Shown piece by piece: positions 49,569-60,486 of a stretch of 64,000 nt of DNA. Both the position numbers and the translations under genes were made by a program. The notes beneath the pieces were generated by a model. It made no database searches and was not told the origin of the DNA. It worked only from the letters and a program-made list of their open reading frames with translations. The DNA comes from Mustelus asterias. Taxonomy: Eukaryota. Where the stretch lies: contig NW_027590205.1 of assembly GCF_964213995.1 (NCBI RefSeq), positions 124,001 through 188,000 of the forward strand. Direction: 5' to 3'. Position 1 is the first letter of the stretch, and the number at the start of each line of letters is the position of its first letter.

Positions 49569-49664
49569 GTGGTTCCTGACTGGAGAGGAACAGCGACACT
49601 GTTTCAAATATGTTGTTGCTTCTAGTCTTATATCACGGAGTAAACTCAGATCAGAGGCAGCTTC

Positions 49665-49735
49665 AATCATTGGCAAATTGGGGGGTTTTCCCAGTGTTGC
49701 AATTGGCTGGTCGCCTTGAGATGACGTCAGCTGTG
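49665..49735 (-). promoter_or_regulatory. V promoter: CRE plus CCAAT boxes
   Basis: TGACGTCA at 49722-49729; minus-strand CCAAT near 49670 and 49704. Confidence 0.6.
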
Positions 49736-50457
49736 GACCAAACACTGTTAGTGGTGGACTAAACACAGCTGGCTCCCTCCAAACACATTCCATCCCGGGC
49801 TGTGTGTGTTTTTCTCACTCTCTCCATGAAAGGTGAATAACGTTATCAGTTACACTGTCTCTTTCTCGGTTAACCCTCTTTCGTTCGAACTCAATATCCC
49901 CCTTTTTATAGATAGATTTTTCTTTCTAAATAAAGTTAAAAATGAAATAAATAATTTACCCTCATTTACTCTGCGGGTATTAATGAGTGCATCCACTGCA
50001 TGAACATAATAGTAGTCACTGCTTTATTCATACCAGGGATAAGTATTCACCCAAGTCCACATTGACTTGCGTTTCCACTGGGATTACTCTTATACTGGGA
50101 AAGTACTGATTCAATCAGTCATTATTTCTGTCCAGAAACTTCAAAATGTGACAACTCTCAGTGTGCCTTTAATATTGGATCACATTTAACAGGTTCCCCT
50201 GACAGATAGGCATCTGATGCAGAAAGATTAGAAGTATTGATTTATTAAGTTATTCACCCGAGACATCTGTGGGTTTTGTGATTGGATTTATCCAGGAGTA
50301 ATCTGAGCGCCAAATGTCACATTTTCCCAACTGTGACAATCACTGACGTTAGGGAGGGAAAGCCACTCAGATGAGGCTGCATTGTCAGGTTCATTTTCTC
50401 TGAAATTCAACGCAATGTGTTTTGCGGACAAGGAACCATTGATTGTGGACCTGCGCC

Positions 50458-50496
50458 AGTTTTTGTACGAGGTCCGCGGGAGCCTCATTTACTGTG
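50458..50496 (-). other. 23-bp-spacer RSS of the inverted V
   Basis: Minus strand CACAGTA + 23 nt + ACAAAAACT. Confidence 0.92.
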
Positions 50497-50983
50497 GGTC
50501 TGAGTGCACAGTAATACACGGTGTTGTCTAACATCTTCAAATCTTTCATGGACAAGTGAAAAGTGTTTTGTGTCTGGCTGAGATTCCCGCTGAAATGTTT
50601 AAAGCCGGGAGCCGTATCGGTAAATCCATAACTATCGGCTCTGAGCAGATACTGAGGAGCTCGGTGTGGATACTGGCGATGCCAGAACAGGACATAGACT
50701 GCAACTGAACTCGATACAGAGTAACTGCAGGGTATTGCTGAATCTTCACTCTCTGCTGCTTCAACTCCTGGTTCTGACTGAGACACTGAGTCACCGTTAC
50801 TCATGTCTGAAAATAGACAACAGACACGCAGCGGGTTAGAAGGAGTAACAACAACGGAATAATCGCCGAGAAATGGAAATGGGCAATGAATATGGTGATT
50901 GGCGGATTTCATTCAAAGGTTCAAAATGACCGACCGATGACCAGGGCAATAACCAGAGACAGACAGAGCTGTCATAGCTCCAT
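50497..50983 (-). pseudogene. TCR alpha/delta-type V (inverted): open V exon 50806-50497, leader 50983-50935 with a premature stop
   Basis: V exon DMSNGDSVSQSEPGV..IPCSYSV..LFWHRQYP..PQYLLR..DNTVYYCALRP; leader MEL*QLCLSLVIALVI with TGA at 50974-50972. Confidence 0.88.
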
Positions 50984-51249
50984 AGTTCCAGTCTGAACAC
51001 CAGAGACAGACTGTCTGCATAAGACCTGGAAATTGAGAAGTTGAAACAGTCAGTGGACTGTTATGACGTCCAATGTGACTCCGTCTCTCCGCCCATTTTT
51101 AATCTTCCAACAATCGCTCCCTCCTGAAGGGAATCGTGATTTTTCATAAGTGATCAGAGAGCGCCCTCCCGTGGACAGCACTGCTGCATATTGGAAACAG
51201 ACACACGCACGGCAACCTGCAAAGACTGACACATATCTAGATAATAGAA

Positions 51250-51470
51250 TCATAGAATCATAGAATTTGTACGGTATGAGGTTTGTACGGTATGAGGTTA
51301 CGGGAATAGGGCCTATCCAGGCCCTATTCCCGTAACCTCATACATTAACCCCGCTAATCTCCCTGACACTGGGGTCAATTTAGCATGGCCAATCAAACTA
51401 ACCTGCACATCTTTGGACCGTGGGAGGAAACCGGAGCACCCGAGGAAACCCACGCAGAGACGGAGAGAGC
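51250..51470 (-). mobile_element. Rearranged HE1/V-SINE fragment containing a 25-bp perfect inverted repeat
   Basis: V-SINE core on the minus strand; hairpin arms at 51290-51314 and 51319-51343. Confidence 0.75.
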
Positions 51471-52074
51471 AGATACACACACGGCCACGTGCAAAGACCA
51501 ACACGTGTAAGGATATATAACCATATAGATATATGCCCAGACACTGACATCAATTCTAACGTCCCTCGTTATAAATCCAGAATTATTCTGTAGATTTCTG
51601 ACACATTAGTCTGAGTTGCTAACTATGAAAATACATGAATAACTCCAACTCCGTGTTCACTGGAAGCCTCGTGAACCGCACAGAATCAACAAAAGCATAG
51701 ACACAGGGACAAGTAAACACAGTGATCGATTCTCAAACTGATCGACTCAAACATAGACACACAGACAATCACTGAGGAAGATAAACAATCAGATTAACAC
51801 AGCCACTGACACACTCAAGAGAAGTGCACCCATGGACAATGTCAAAAGCGTACCAGCTCCAGAGTAACTTTCTGAACTGGAATTCCCTAGAGTCATGTCA
51901 GTGCGGCAATATCGTGTTAGATATTCATTGCGATGGAACTGTCCATTTTAACAACAGGAACTGCCAGAAATCTATTTCTCATCAATGGTGATCATTAATT
52001 GATGACTCCACAGTGGACACTTTTGGAGAATAAGCAATAATGGATGTACTTATTTTAACAGCCAAACACATATC

Positions 52075-52370
52075 TTGTTTAAAGTTTATTTATTAATGTC
52101 ACAAGTAGGATTACATTAATACTGCAATGAAGTTACTGTGAAAATCCCCTAGTCGCCATACTCCGCCACCTGTTCGGGTACACTAAGGGAGAAATGTAGC
52201 ATAGCAATGCACCTAACCAGCACGTGTTTCAGATTGTGGGAGGAAACTGGAGCAAATCCACACAGAAACAGGAAGAACGTGCAAACTCCACTCAGACCCA
52301 AGCCAGGAATCAAACCCGAGTCCCTGGCGCTGTGAGGCAGCAGCGTGCCATTGTGCTACCGTGCCACCCC
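52075..52370 (-). mobile_element. HE1/V-SINE-type SINE
   Basis: Same subfamily as 17690-18060 and 33137-33440. Confidence 0.75.
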
Positions 52371-52959
52371 GTATGAGGTCGGTGTAGGTAAGACAGATTC
52401 CCCACCATTCTCGAGGTTGCCAGATCGGATGTTCGGGACACAGGAGGACAACACAAGGAGACTGCTTCAGGTATAGGTGATTCATTCTCCTCTGTCATAT
52501 TCCACACTCTGTGGAAAGTTGCGGAGTTAATATTATATATAATTCAGAAATAATGAGGAGATGCTTTATCCGATTAAACTCGTTTTGTAAATTCGATTTG
52601 AAATCAATTGCATAAATAAATATATGTTTACATTGAAAACTATATTGGGAAGCTATATCCAATACTTTATGCCATTGGGTCAGCGAAACGTTGTTACTTA
52701 AAGCAAACTGTACATGGATTCCACAGAAACTCCTTCTTCAAATGGGGATTGGACAATGACTTGAAAGGGAGAAAAATCAACTTCATGGAATGAGAGGAGG
52801 AAATTGAAATGAGAACAAAGAACAGTGCAGCACAGGAACAGGCCCTTCGGCCCACCAAGCCCGCACCGACACGTCAGTTTGGTAGCTCGTCATAAAACAG
52901 CTGGCATAGGCATGGTGGGTTGAAGGGACTCTTATTGTTCTTTGCCATTGCCAACCATT

Positions 52960-54392
52960 TTCAATCATTACAACAATCTGAGGTCCCTGTCTGCTTCAAG
53001 AAGACGACCATCATCCCGGTACCTAAGAAAAATCAAGCAGCGTGTCTTAATAACTATCGGCCGGTGGCTCTGACATCCATCATTATGAAGTGCTTTGAAA
53101 GGTTTGTCATGGCACGAATCAATTCCAGCCTCCCGGACTACCTGGATCCACTACAGTTGCCTATCGCCGCAACAGGTCCACAGCAGACGGCATTTTCCTG
53201 GCCTTGCACTCAACCCTGGATCACCTAGATAACAAGGACACACTCCTATTTATTGACCACAGCTCAGTCTTCAAAACTATTATTCCCACGAAACTCATCT
53301 CCAAACTCCGTGGCCTGGGCCTCTGCACCACCTCTGTGACTGGATCCTGAACTTCCTAACTCACAGACCACAATCTGTAAGGATAGACAACAACACCTCC
53401 TCCACAATCATCCTCAACACCAGTACCCAACAAGGCTGTTTTCTCAGCCCCCGACTATACTCCTTATACACCTATGACTGTGTGACCAAATTCCCCTCCA
53501 ATTCGATTTTCAAGTTTGCTGACGACACCACTATAGTGGGTCGGGTCTCAAACAATGATGAGACAGAGTACAGGAATGAGGTAGAGAATCTGGTGAATTG
53601 GTGCAGCAACAATAATCTCTCCCGCCATGCCAACAAAACGAAGGAGATTGTCATCGACTTCAGGAAGCGGAAAGGAGAACATGCCCCTGTCTACATCAAC
53701 GGGGACGAAGTAGAAAGGGTCGAGAGCTTCAGGTTTTTAGGTGTCCAGACCACCAACTATCTGTCCTGGTTCCTCCCCCCCCCCCCCCCCAACCCCCCCA
53801 CCCCTTCCCCAATGCCGACACTATAGTTAAGAAACCCACCAACGCCTCTACTTCCTCAGAAGACTAAGGAAATTTGGCATGTCAACTACGACTCTCACCA
53901 ACTTTTACAGATGTACCATAGAAAGCATTCTTTCTGGCTGTGTCACAGCTTGGCATTGCTCCTGCTCTGCTCAAGACTGCAAGGAACTACAAAAGGTCGT
54001 GAATGTGCCCAATACATCACACAAACCATCCTCCCATCCATTGAATCTGTCTACACTTCCGCTGCCTCGGCAAAGCGGCCAGCATAATTAAGGACTCCAT
54101 GTCCCCGGGCATTCTCTCTTTCACCTTCTTCCTTCGGGAAAAAGATACAAAAGTCTGAGGTCACATACCAACCGGCTCAAGAATAGCTTCTTCCCTGCTG
54201 CTGTCAGACGTTTGAATGGACTTACCTTGCATTAAGCTGATCTTTCTCTGCACCCTAGCTATGACTGTAACACTGCATTCTGCACACTCTCATTTCCTTC
54301 TCTATGAACGGTATGTTTTGCCTGTATAGCGCGCAAGAAACAATACTTTTCGCTGCATGTTAATACATGTGACAATAATAAATCAAATCAAA
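52960..54392 (+). mobile_element. Rex1/Babar-type LINE, 5'-truncated and decayed
   Basis: [54 protein letters not shown] and FYRCTIESIL; (aaatc)n tail. Confidence 0.85.
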
Positions 54393-54480
54393 GTCATTCT
54401 TGGATCAATATGTCTACAGCAGTCCCAATGAATGTTGCAACATTTCAAGAGAGTTCCATTGTGTCCTACGGACGCCAGCA

Positions 54481-54552
54481 GTTTCTGTAGTGTAATGGTG
54501 GTTGCATTTAACTCAGACACAAAAGTCCCTAGTTCAAAACCATGCCGAAATA
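54481..54552 (+). pseudogene. tRNA-Val pseudogene (decayed copy)
   Basis: gtttctgtagtgtaatggt...ctagttcaaaaccatgccgaaata aligns with the copy at 55583; anticodon arm destroyed. Confidence 0.7.
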
Positions 54553-55582
54553 TTATTAACATTTGTTCATTAAGAGTGAGGGAAGTTTACATGATTGAAA
54601 TTTGTTGCTCAACATTATCCGAAACTCAATATTAAAGCCATGTTATCTTTGCTCTGTCCTCGGCCTCAAAATCTTTCAGCAAAATCAGAGATCTTGTATT
54701 TTTATGACTTAATGAGAGGAAATAAATGTTGTTGTTTTGACACCGTGGACATATCAGCAACTCATTCAGTCCACAACAGAATTTAATGGCTTTGTTGATG
54801 CAGACTAACAAAGTGAATCATCATCTGAACCATGTCTAATAGTATTGTGTGCTCAAAAAGGCAGACACAAGTGAAACTGTAACTGAACTAGAGGAATTGG
54901 CGCACATTGCGCGGCACCATTATTTTAACATCGTTCTTCAGAGTAAACAAAGAGGGAAAACGACTCAGACGGTTGAGGAAATAGAGAATCAGTGCGGATG
55001 TACTGGACTTTCCTACAGCTGAATGGGATTTAGACGTCTGAGTGTTTCATACAGAGAATAAAGAGGGGTCAGGTATAACTAACAAATCATTCTTAAATCT
55101 ATTCCCTTTAAAGATATTTGATTTTGTTCAAAAGCTGATTGTGGTCAATCTCAATGAAGCACCGTGACATGTGTATTACCCAGTGATTCGATTCCTTTCG
55201 TTGGTCAGCCATGTTTGAAATTCAATGTTGTCTATTTCGGAGATATGTCATTCAGAATGAGGAGATATGTAATTAATAAAAATATATTAATATTAAACAT
55301 TGAACAACGAACAAATACTGGGTAGAATTGGTTGAAATTATTCGAAGGAAGATGAGAATGATGCATTAATGATTGAGCAGAAATCATTGCTTCCTTCGAT
55401 ATTTGCCCGACGACCGCTTTTAAAGGTTGAAGTTCAAGATAACTTGAGAAATCAGGTTGAAAGAAACGATTTTTGTCTTGTATTCAGTGACATGGGCTCT
55501 CAGTATAACCATTCGAACCTGCAGCAACACAGTGGAGTTGAACATTGTGGCCAGGCCAATTGGCGGCGCTATGCAATCAGTT

Positions 55583-55655
55583 GTTTCTGTTGTGTAGTGG
55601 TTATCACGTTCACCCCACACGCGAAAGTTCCCCGGTTCGAAACTGGGCAGAAACA
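55583..55655 (+). tRNA. tRNA-Val(CAC), probably defective
   Basis: 73 nt, close to vertebrate tRNA-Val-CAC; acceptor stem GTTTCTG/CAGAAAC pairs and the B box GGTTCGAAAC is intact, but there is an A-C mismatch in the anticodon stem and C at position 33. Confidence 0.8.
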
Positions 55656-56809
55656 TTCACTTTATTTAGTGTGAGGGAAGTTTTGCATGGTCGTTGTTGC
55701 TGAACATTATCCGATTCTCCATGTTGCAGCCGTGTTATCTTTGCTCGGAACTCGGCCACAAATGCTTTCAGCAAAATCAGAAATGCTGTATTTTAAGACG
55801 CAATGAGGAAATAAAAGTTTGTACTTTTAACACCGTGCGCATATTAGCAACTTGTTCAGTCCATAACAGAATTTAAAGGATGTATAAATGCAGACTAACA
55901 TAGTTAATCACCATCTGAAACATGTGTAATAGTAGTGTGTGCTCATAAAGACAGACACAAGTGAAAGTGTAACTGAACTAGAGGAAATGGCGCACATTTC
56001 CCGGCAGCATATTTTTAAAATTGTTCTTCATAATAAAGAAATGGAAAAAAAAATCACTGAGGCAGATGAGTAAATCGAAACTCAGCGTAGATCTGCTGGA
56101 CTTTCCTATAGATGAACGGGATTGAGGCGCCAGAATGTTTCACATGCAGAATAAAGAGGGATCAAGTATAACTAGCAAATCATTATTAAATCTTTTCCCT
56201 TTAAAGATATTTGATATTGTTTAAAAGCTGACTGTCTCAAATAGGCACCATGGGATGTGTATTACCCAGTGACTCGATTTCTTTTATTGGTCAGTCAAGT
56301 TTGCAATTCAATGTTGCATATTCCCGAGATATTCAATTCAGAATGAAGACGTATGTATTAAATACATGTATTAATATTTAATATCGAATAACAAAACAAA
56401 TATTGAGTAACTAGCCAACAATACAAGTCTGGATGGCCCTTCATCAGAGCTAAGAGCAAAGAAAAGCAGAAAAGATTTAAATTATGGGTGGAAGGCGGGT
56501 GCTGTAAGTGGACAAAGGGAATCCAAATTAGGATAAAGACGGCTGAGAGAGATGCTAAAAATGTCCATTAAGCAATCAGAATGGCAGAGCAGAGGTAAAT
56601 GTGGTTAAGGCAGTTGCCCTGAAAGAGGAGTGTTGGGGGGGGGGGGGGGGGGGGGCGGGGGGTGCGTGGGAGGGAGGCAAGAAGGAGAGCAGGAATCAAG
56701 AAATAGAAAAATGGAAGCGAGAAAGAAGTATGATAAAAATGGGTGAATGAGATGAAAAGAAGAAACAGAATGAAATGAAATAAATGGAAAGGGGATAAAC
56801 GTGCAGGGG

Positions 56810-57550
56810 AGAGTTCATGCTCTGAAGTTGTTGAACTCAATGTTTAGTCCGGAAGGCTGTAAAGTGTTCAATCAAAAGATGAGGTGCTGTCCCTCCAGTT
56901 TGCGTTGGGGTTCACTAGAACATTGCAAAGTGCCAAGGATGGACATGTGGACAGGAGAGCAGGGTGGTGTGTTGAAGCGGCAAGAACTGGAAGTTCTGGG
57001 TCCTGCTTGCAGATGGACTGAAGGTGTTCAGCAAAGCGATCACCCAGTTTGTGTTTGGTCTCTCCAATGTAGGAGAGTAGACTTCATGGGGAGGAGCGAA
57101 TGCAATAGACTAGACTGAAGGAGATGCATGTGAAGCGCTGCTTCACCTGAAAAGGGTGTTCAGGACTTGGGATGGTGAGCAGGGAGGAGGTAAAGGGGCA
57201 GGTGTTGCACCCTCTACCATTGCATGGGAAGATGCTGTGGGCAGAGGATGGGATGTTGGGTGGGATGGAGGCGTGGACCAGGCTGTCCCAGAGACAACCT
57301 TCCGCGTGAAATGCTGTTGGGTGTGAGGGGTGAGGTGAAGATGTGTTGAGGAGTGGCTTCATGCTGGAATTGGCAGCAATGGCGGAGGATGATACTTTGA
57401 ACACGGAGGCTGGTCTCTGGTCTGGTAAAACGTGAGGACGTGGGAACCCTGTCCTCTTTCTAGGAGGGAGGGGAGGGGGTGCGAGCAGTGGCCTGGGGGA
57501 TGAGTTGGACACAGTCAAGAGCCCTGTCAACCACAGTGGATGGACTCCGC
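56810..57550 (-). mobile_element. Penelope-like element fragment (GIY-YIG endonuclease)
   Basis: Minus strand C..CNTCPF..FQVKQRFTCIS..LVYCI, then LYIGETKHKLGDRFAEHL. Confidence 0.8.
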
Positions 57551-57959
57551 ACAGTCACCCAAGGCAAGAATCAAATCCAGATCCCAAGCACTGTAAATGC
57601 TAACCACTGTTCCACCCGGAAGGATCAGCCTGGTGGTAGCTTTACTCATGATATCCAGTTGCACTGGAGGTAGAATGGGAAGGAAATAAAAGTAAAATAC
57701 TGCGGATGTTGGAATTGGGAAATTTAAACTGAAAATACTGGATAAACTCAGCAGACCTGGCGGCATCTGTGGAGAAACCTATTAACAATGGATTCTTATA
57801 ATTTTGGTTGCTGAATGAGGAGACAAGGTCCTTTCGGTTTTATTGACGTTTTATGCGGCGTTACGGTTGAAGCGATAAAAGCAATATTTTAAATATCTCT
57901 GAAATTAAGTGATGTCCATCTTTGTGTGGGGCAGACGTCCTCCGTTTGGACAGAAGATG

Positions 57960-58330
57960 AAGAACCAATGTGCCCTTAACAAAGATGGCGGCGACGTGGG
58001 GGCGGGGCAATGGGCGGTGTACGCAGAACGCTGAGGAGGTTGGGATCGCACATGCGCATTGCAGCGGAGTGTTTTGTTGACGGAAGCGCGCGGGTTCTTC
58101 TCCGGATCGGAATCAGATTTGAAAGGGGGAACGGTTAACGGTGGCAGGCGTTGCCATGGCGGCAGGGGCGGGGCTCGCCAACAGCGCGCGCTGGCACACG
58201 TGGACCCTCGAGCTCAACCTGAGCGACAGTGGCAGCAGGTGCGGAGGCCGCGCGGGGAGCCGGGGGCTCGAGTAGGAGGCAAGCCGGGTCAGCTCGCCTC
58301 TCCAGCGGAGGCGACCTGGGGATGTGACAC
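57960..58330 (+). promoter_or_regulatory. CpG-rich housekeeping promoter of EMC4
   Basis: GC/CpG-rich; YY1-type AAGATGGCGGCG 57982-57993, GC boxes, NRF1-type CGCACATGCGCA 58047-58058. Confidence 0.7.
58156..58238 (+). CDS. EMC4: ER membrane protein complex subunit 4, exon 1
   Basis: Kozak gccATGG; MAAGAGLANSARWHTWTLELNLSDSGS(R); phase-2 donor. Confidence 0.82.
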
Positions 58331-58876
58331 CAACCCAAAACTTCTCAACTTCGGGTTATTCACGTCTCTTTTACCCCTCACCGAGCTCCTCAGCACAAAG
58401 CAGCCCCTCAAATCCCCCACAAACCACTCAGACCCCACTTGGCATCTTTTCCCCAGGTCATAACCCTGAGATGCCCTTTTGGTTTCAGCCCCTCCACCTG
58501 GTCAGGTGCCAACTGCGGTGGTGGTTGGAGGAACGATTGGTCGTTTCCAGGGCCGGGTGCTGAACTGGATCTCTCTCAATATCCCTCAGTTTGTTTTCAA
58601 GATACAATTTGGTACATCTGGTGATTTGTCACTTTGTCCCTAAATGGAGGGCAAGCGGATTGGCACCCTGATTATCAATTCACACTAAATCCACTTCTGC
58701 ATCCCTCCATTACCCTGGCAGTTTGGTACACGCAATGGCAGTGTGTGTCTGAGGTTTGCCCAAGCTTTAATTCGTGCTGGCACTATTGCCACCACGTTGG
58801 GGTCCTCAACAGAGAGACTCCCTCTTGAGAAAAGGTCTTGAAAGGGTGACCAATTTGTGTTTTCTGTTTCTCATAG

Positions 58877-58988
58877 GAGCCGTGATCAACAGTGTGGCCA
58901 GAGAGACTCCACGTGCCCAGTCGCATGTTCGGACAAACAGCTACCGGACATCTGCGTCCAAGAAACAGACCGGATCCTGGTCGAGAAA
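58877..58988 (+). CDS. EMC4: EMC4 exon 2
   Basis: [37 protein letters not shown]; canonical splice sites; phases match exons 1 and 3. Confidence 0.9.
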
Positions 58989-59194
58989 GTAAGTTGGATT
59001 TGAATGTGTCTTTAGTGTGTGACTGACAACGCCCCTGGTTTGTCCACGGTGGTGAAGTACCTTGGTGAACCACAGCAGCCTGTGTGATAAAGGGTTAATC
59101 ATCATCCTTACTTCCAGGCCTGGGTATAAGATCAGCATATGGCCTCCCCTAACCGGCCCCCTTTACTGATACACTGCTCACTTTCTGTTTTCAG

Positions 59195-59348
59195 TCCTGC
59201 TGGGACATCGCCTTGGACCCACTGAAACAGTTGCCCATGAATCTGTTCATCATGTACATGGCTGGCAACACCATCTCCATCCTCCCTATCATGATGGTGT
59301 GCATGATGGCCTGGAGACCCATACAGGCCTTGATGTCCATGTCTGCAA
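59195..59348 (+). CDS. EMC4: EMC4 exon 3 (later exons not found in the window)
   Basis: [51 protein letters not shown], the conserved EMC4/TMEM85 core. Confidence 0.95.
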
Positions 59349-59742
59349 GTGAGTATTGTATTGAATCTACAGCTCAGAAACAGCTCTGAACCGGCATCAC
59401 TTGAGTGCAGCTTAGAATAGAGTTCTGGGAGTTGGGTAATTAAGGGAGTTAGGGAAGGAAGGGAAAGGGGTGCCCTTTTGCTTTCCAACTTTCTCAGCCT
59501 TTGGGAAGTGATCTTACTCTTCTACAGGAGAAGAAGCCAGATTTTTGGTGAGTATCTGCGAAGTAACTAAGATTTATTCTGTTCCTAAGGATCAAAATAG
59601 TATAGCAACAGGTGGTAAGGTTAATAAAATACTTAAAAACAAAAATAAATTATCATTGGATAAAAGAAATAGTTTATTAGTACACATTCAAGCTGCAGCA
59701 TTTGGGAGTTCCTGGGTGTCAGTTTGATCCATGGCAAACAGG

Positions 59743-60486
59743 CATAGAGGTTTACAGCATGGAAACAGACCCTTCGGCCCAACTTGTCCATGCCACCCTT
59801 TTTTTGAAACCCCTGAGCTCGTCCCAATTGTCCGCATTTCGCCCATATCCCTCTATACCCATTTTACCCATGTAACTGTCTCAATGCTTTTTAAAATGCA
59901 AAACTGTACCCCCTCTACTACTACCTCTGGCAGCTTGTTCCAGACACTCACCACCCTCTGTGCGAAACAATTGCCCCTTTGGACATTTTTCTATCTTCCC
60001 CTCTCACCTTAAACCTATGCCCCCCAGTTTTAGACTCCCCTACTTTGGGAAAAGATATTGACTATCTAGCTGATCTATGCCCCTCATTATTTTATAGGCC
60101 TCGATAACATCACCCTCAGCCTCCTCAGCCCAAGAGAAAAAAGTCCCAGTCTATCCAGCCTCTCCTTCTAACTCAAACCATCAAGTCTGGTAGCATTCTA
60201 GTAAATCTCTTCTGCACTCTTTCTAGTTTAATAATATCCTTTCTATAATAGGGTGACCAGAACTGTACATAGTATTCCAAGTGTGGCCTTACCAATGTCT
60301 TGTACAACTTCAACAAGATGTCCCAACTCCTGTATTCAATGTTCTGACCAATGAAACCAAGCATGCCGAATGCCTTCTTCACCACTCTGTCCACCTGTGA
60401 CTCCACTTTCAAGGAGCTATGAACATGTACCCTTAGATCTCTCTGTTCTGTAACACTCCCCAACACATACCATTAACTGAGTAAGT
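59743..60486 (-). mobile_element. CR1 LINE 3' fragment
   Basis: ORF 60173-60466; same family as 1-598. Confidence 0.88.

Larger units (their letters stand above)
54470..56410 (+). repeat. Two-copy tandem duplication with period about 1102 bp, each copy headed by tRNA-Val
   Basis: About 850 bp after each tRNA are colinear, e.g. agacacaagtgaaa.tgtaactgaactagaggaa at about 54863 and 55953. Confidence 0.85.

Noticed and set aside
40400-51075. NAR-TCR cassette or IgH-like V segments
   Set aside because: No V-D-J cassette ahead of a leaderless supporting V and no VH-type framework was recognised; the legible V genes have their own leaders.
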